A model generated the notes under the pieces. That model had not been told where the DNA came from and made no database searches. It saw nothing but the letters and a program-made list of their open reading frames with translations. Below, one piece after another: positions 59,838 through 64,000 of a DNA stretch of 64,000 bases. Source of the DNA: Coraliomargaritaceae bacterium (GTDB lineage Bacteria > Verrucomicrobiota > Verrucomicrobiia > Opitutales > Coraliomargaritaceae); the NCBI GenBank assembly GCA_965656495.1, contig CBFHKU010000010.1:1-64000 (forward strand), read 5' to 3'. The translations under genes and the position numbers were made by a program. The stretch's first letter is position 1; every line of letters begins with the position of its first letter.

Positions 59838-61883
59838 ATGAAACCACTCATGCCGTTGACGCGTGTCACTGCCTTGAGCCTGCTTGTGATTGCAAGCGCA
59901 ACTCAAGGAACTGAAATCTATGAACTCGAGCCCTTCTACGTGCAGTCGTGGGCGCATCCAACCCCGGGCTCTGCGCTTGATGGCGCGGCCTGGGAAAGCA
60001 AAGGAAGCGCGGATTTGGCAGAACTGGTTGAGAGCGCGGAACCGGGACTTGCTTTGGTGCGTCGCGGGGCGGTCTCGAATGACGCGCGGATGCGCGGCCT
60101 TGGCGGGGATGACCTCTCCGTCACCCTCGACGGGCGAAAAATCTATTGTGCCTGCGCCAACCGGATGGATGCCCCGCTTTCTCATGCCACTGTGGAAGCT
60201 GCCGAACGCATCGAAATCGGCGCCGGTCCTTTCAGTCTCCGGCGCGCCGGCTCCCTCGCCGGCCATATCAATATCATTTCCAAAGGGATTGAGCCCGGCC
60301 ATCACGGGAGCCTCCGTGCGCGTTACGGCTCCTTTGAAGAAACAAACCTTTCGGGCTCGACCGCATACGGGGGCGAACAATTCGCCTTTCGTTTGTTTGG
60401 TGCCTGGCAGGAGTCCGCGCCCTATCGTGACGGGTCGGGGAGCCGCTTTACCGAATGGTCCACCTCCGCCTATCTGCCCACCGCTGATTTGAGCTACGCT
60501 TATCGCAACTGGCATGCCGGCGGTCAGGTCAGTTATCGCATCCGCAAAGATCTCACATTGAGCGCCAATTATTCGCGACGCATGGATCGCGAGGCGCTCT
60601 TCCCCGGCCTGAAGATGGATGCCGACAAGACCGCCACCGATCAATTTGGGCTGTCCCTCAAAAATACCGAAAGCACCGAGCTAATCGACACATGGAGCGC
60701 CGACTTTTTTTATAACACCACCCATCATGTTATGAGTGACCGCCTCCGCCTTTCATCACTGAAGGCTGCCACTTTGGGGCGTGACTGGTTCATGAAGACC
60801 GATGCCGAGGCATCCAATTTCGGAGCGACCTTTGATGCCGAAATCGACAAAGGCCCACATGGGAACTGGTTTATCGGGGGCGAACTGGAACGGCGTGCCT
60901 GGGACAGCGATAATCAAGTGGGCACCATAAACAATGCGATGTTGCCCGATGCTTCGATCGATACGCATGGCGCCTACCTCGAGGGCAGTCTCGATTTGGG
61001 TCTCAAGCTCAGCCTCGATCTGGGCCTGCGCTTCGATTATTTCCGGACGCGGGCTTACGGAGACACGACTTACCTCAAGCAAATCCGGGGTAGTGATGCG
61101 GACCGCAGCTTCACCGAACCGGCGGCTTTCCTCAGTCTACGCTCTTACCTCAATGATTATTATGTGGCCTTTGCCGGTATCGGTTCGATGGCGCGCGCGC
61201 CCAACCCTCAGGAGCTTTACCTGCAATTAGACAAGCCCATGACGAATCCCAGTTGGCTCGGAAATCCTACCCTGCGCGCTCCGCGTTCCACCGAAATTAC
61301 CACCGGCCTTGAATACAATCGTGAGGCCCTCTCCCTCCGTATGCGTTTCTTTTACAGCGAAATCGAGGACTATATATACCCGGTCCGGCTCAGCACCCCC
61401 ATTGCTTTTCAAAGCTACGAAAATCTGGATGCCCGCCTTTACGGAATCGAGTTTAAGAGCGAGTGGCAATACAACGAATCCTGGAGCTTGAGTTTTGGCC
61501 TCGCGTGGCAAGAGGGCGAAAAAAAGAACCGGCCCGCTTCCGCTACCAATGACGTCCTCGCAGAAATCCCGCCCATGCGCCTTCAAGCAGGCCTCCAGTT
61601 TGAAAATGAAAAAACCACCTTTAATCTCGATGCCCGCGGCTCCCTTTCCCAGAGCCGTATCGACCGCGATCTCAATGAAACTAAGATGGGGTCATGGCTG
61701 ATCCTCGACACCCGTGTCGAGCACGCCCTGAATGAGCAATGGACCCTTAACCTCGCGCTCGATAATATTTTTAACACGCACTACGCCCTCCATAATTCTC
61801 AAGTGCGCAACCCCTTCAGCGCTTCCACGATTGTTTACGAACCCGGACGCGCCGCCCGCATTGGATTGAACTACCATTTTTAA
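59838..61883 (+). CDS. TonB-dependent receptor, OprC/NosA (copper)-like
   Basis: Plug ACANRMDAP (CxxxM), HHVM, C-terminal EPGR...YHF. Confidence 0.8.
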   Translation: MKPLMPLTRVTALSLLVIASATQGTEIYELEPFYVQSWAHPTPGSALDGAAWESKGSADLAELVESAEPGLALVRRGAVSNDARMRGLGGDDLSVTLDGRKIYCACANRMDAPLSHATVEAAERIEIGAGPFSLRRAGSLAGHINIISKGIEPGHHGSLRARYGSFEETNLSGSTAYGGEQFAFRLFGAWQESAPYRDGSGSRFTEWSTSAYLPTADLSYAYRNWHAGGQVSYRIRKDLTLSANYSRRMDREALFPGLKMDADKTATDQFGLSLKNTESTELIDTWSADFFYNTTHHVMSDRLRLSSLKAATLGRDWFMKTDAEASNFGATFDAEIDKGPHGNWFIGGELERRAWDSDNQVGTINNAMLPDASIDTHGAYLEGSLDLGLKLSLDLGLRFDYFRTRAYGDTTYLKQIRGSDADRSFTEPAAFLSLRSYLNDYYVAFAGIGSMARAPNPQELYLQLDKPMTNPSWLGNPTLRAPRSTEITTGLEYNREALSLRMRFFYSEIEDYIYPVRLSTPIAFQSYENLDARLYGIEFKSEWQYNESWSLSFGLAWQEGEKKNRPASATNDVLAEIPPMRLQAGLQFENEKTTFNLDARGSLSQSRIDRDLNETKMGSWLILDTRVEHALNEQWTLNLALDNIFNTHYALHNSQVRNPFSASTIVYEPGRAARIGLNYHF

Positions 61884-61904
61884 TCCACCAGCGCCGCTCC
61901 ATGC

Positions 61905-62065
61905 TAAAATATAAAACGCAGAGTACCAGAGCCCCTCTGATTCTCCGCTCCTCTGCGTTAAAAATTAAAACACGGAGTTCCTCTGATCCTTTGCTTCTCT
62001 GCCTTAAAATATAAACTCAGAGTTACAGGGCTCCTCTGATCCTCCGCTTCTCTGCGTTGAAATAT
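61905..62065. repeat. three degenerate tandem ~46-54 bp hairpin repeats (REP-like)
   Basis: Units at 61905-61958, 61959-62004 and 62005-62057, consensus TAAAATATAAA.C.CAGAG...CCTCTGATCCTCCGCTTCTCTGCGT. Confidence 0.85.
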
Positions 62066-62092
62066 CATGCGGGGCGCGCCTGCCGCGGGGGT

Positions 62093-64000
<1,908 letters not shown>

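Noticed and set aside
61905..62065. Possible CRISPR array
   Set aside because: Units are adjacent and degenerate, with no unique spacers and no cas genes.

Overview
A gene-dense bacterial chromosomal segment of mostly housekeeping genes. Gene content and protein style suggest Verrucomicrobiota (Opitutae/Puniceicoccaceae-like), which is an inference. It carries five aminoacyl-tRNA synthetases (serS, proS, argS, thrS, cysS), efp, rpmG, ffh, haem genes (hemH-ccsA/hemX-hemA, hemB), gmd-fcl, ugd, fabV, clpP, lpxC-fabZ/lpxA, the speA/aguA/aguB polyamine route, hisG, leuA, dapF, dprA, an OprC-like TonB receptor and the 3' part of a PFOR gene. Two vapBC toxin-antitoxin modules flank serS. I found no rRNA, tRNA, CRISPR array, integrase or transposase, and no clear multi-gene novel system. 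The most unusual signals are intact enzymes with rewritten catalytic motifs (a thymidine-phosphorylase-fold protein without its phosphate loop or catalytic His, a DapF with both catalytic Cys replaced by Ser, a PhoD-fold protein without its metal ligands, and EF-P with a QGRQ tip). Others are a secreted 12-Cys metallothionein-like peptide, a 3-copy hairpin repeat array at the edge of an ~8 kb block of inverted G/C skew, and several apparently leaderless promoters. Product calls rest on motifs recognised by eye; no database searches were run.
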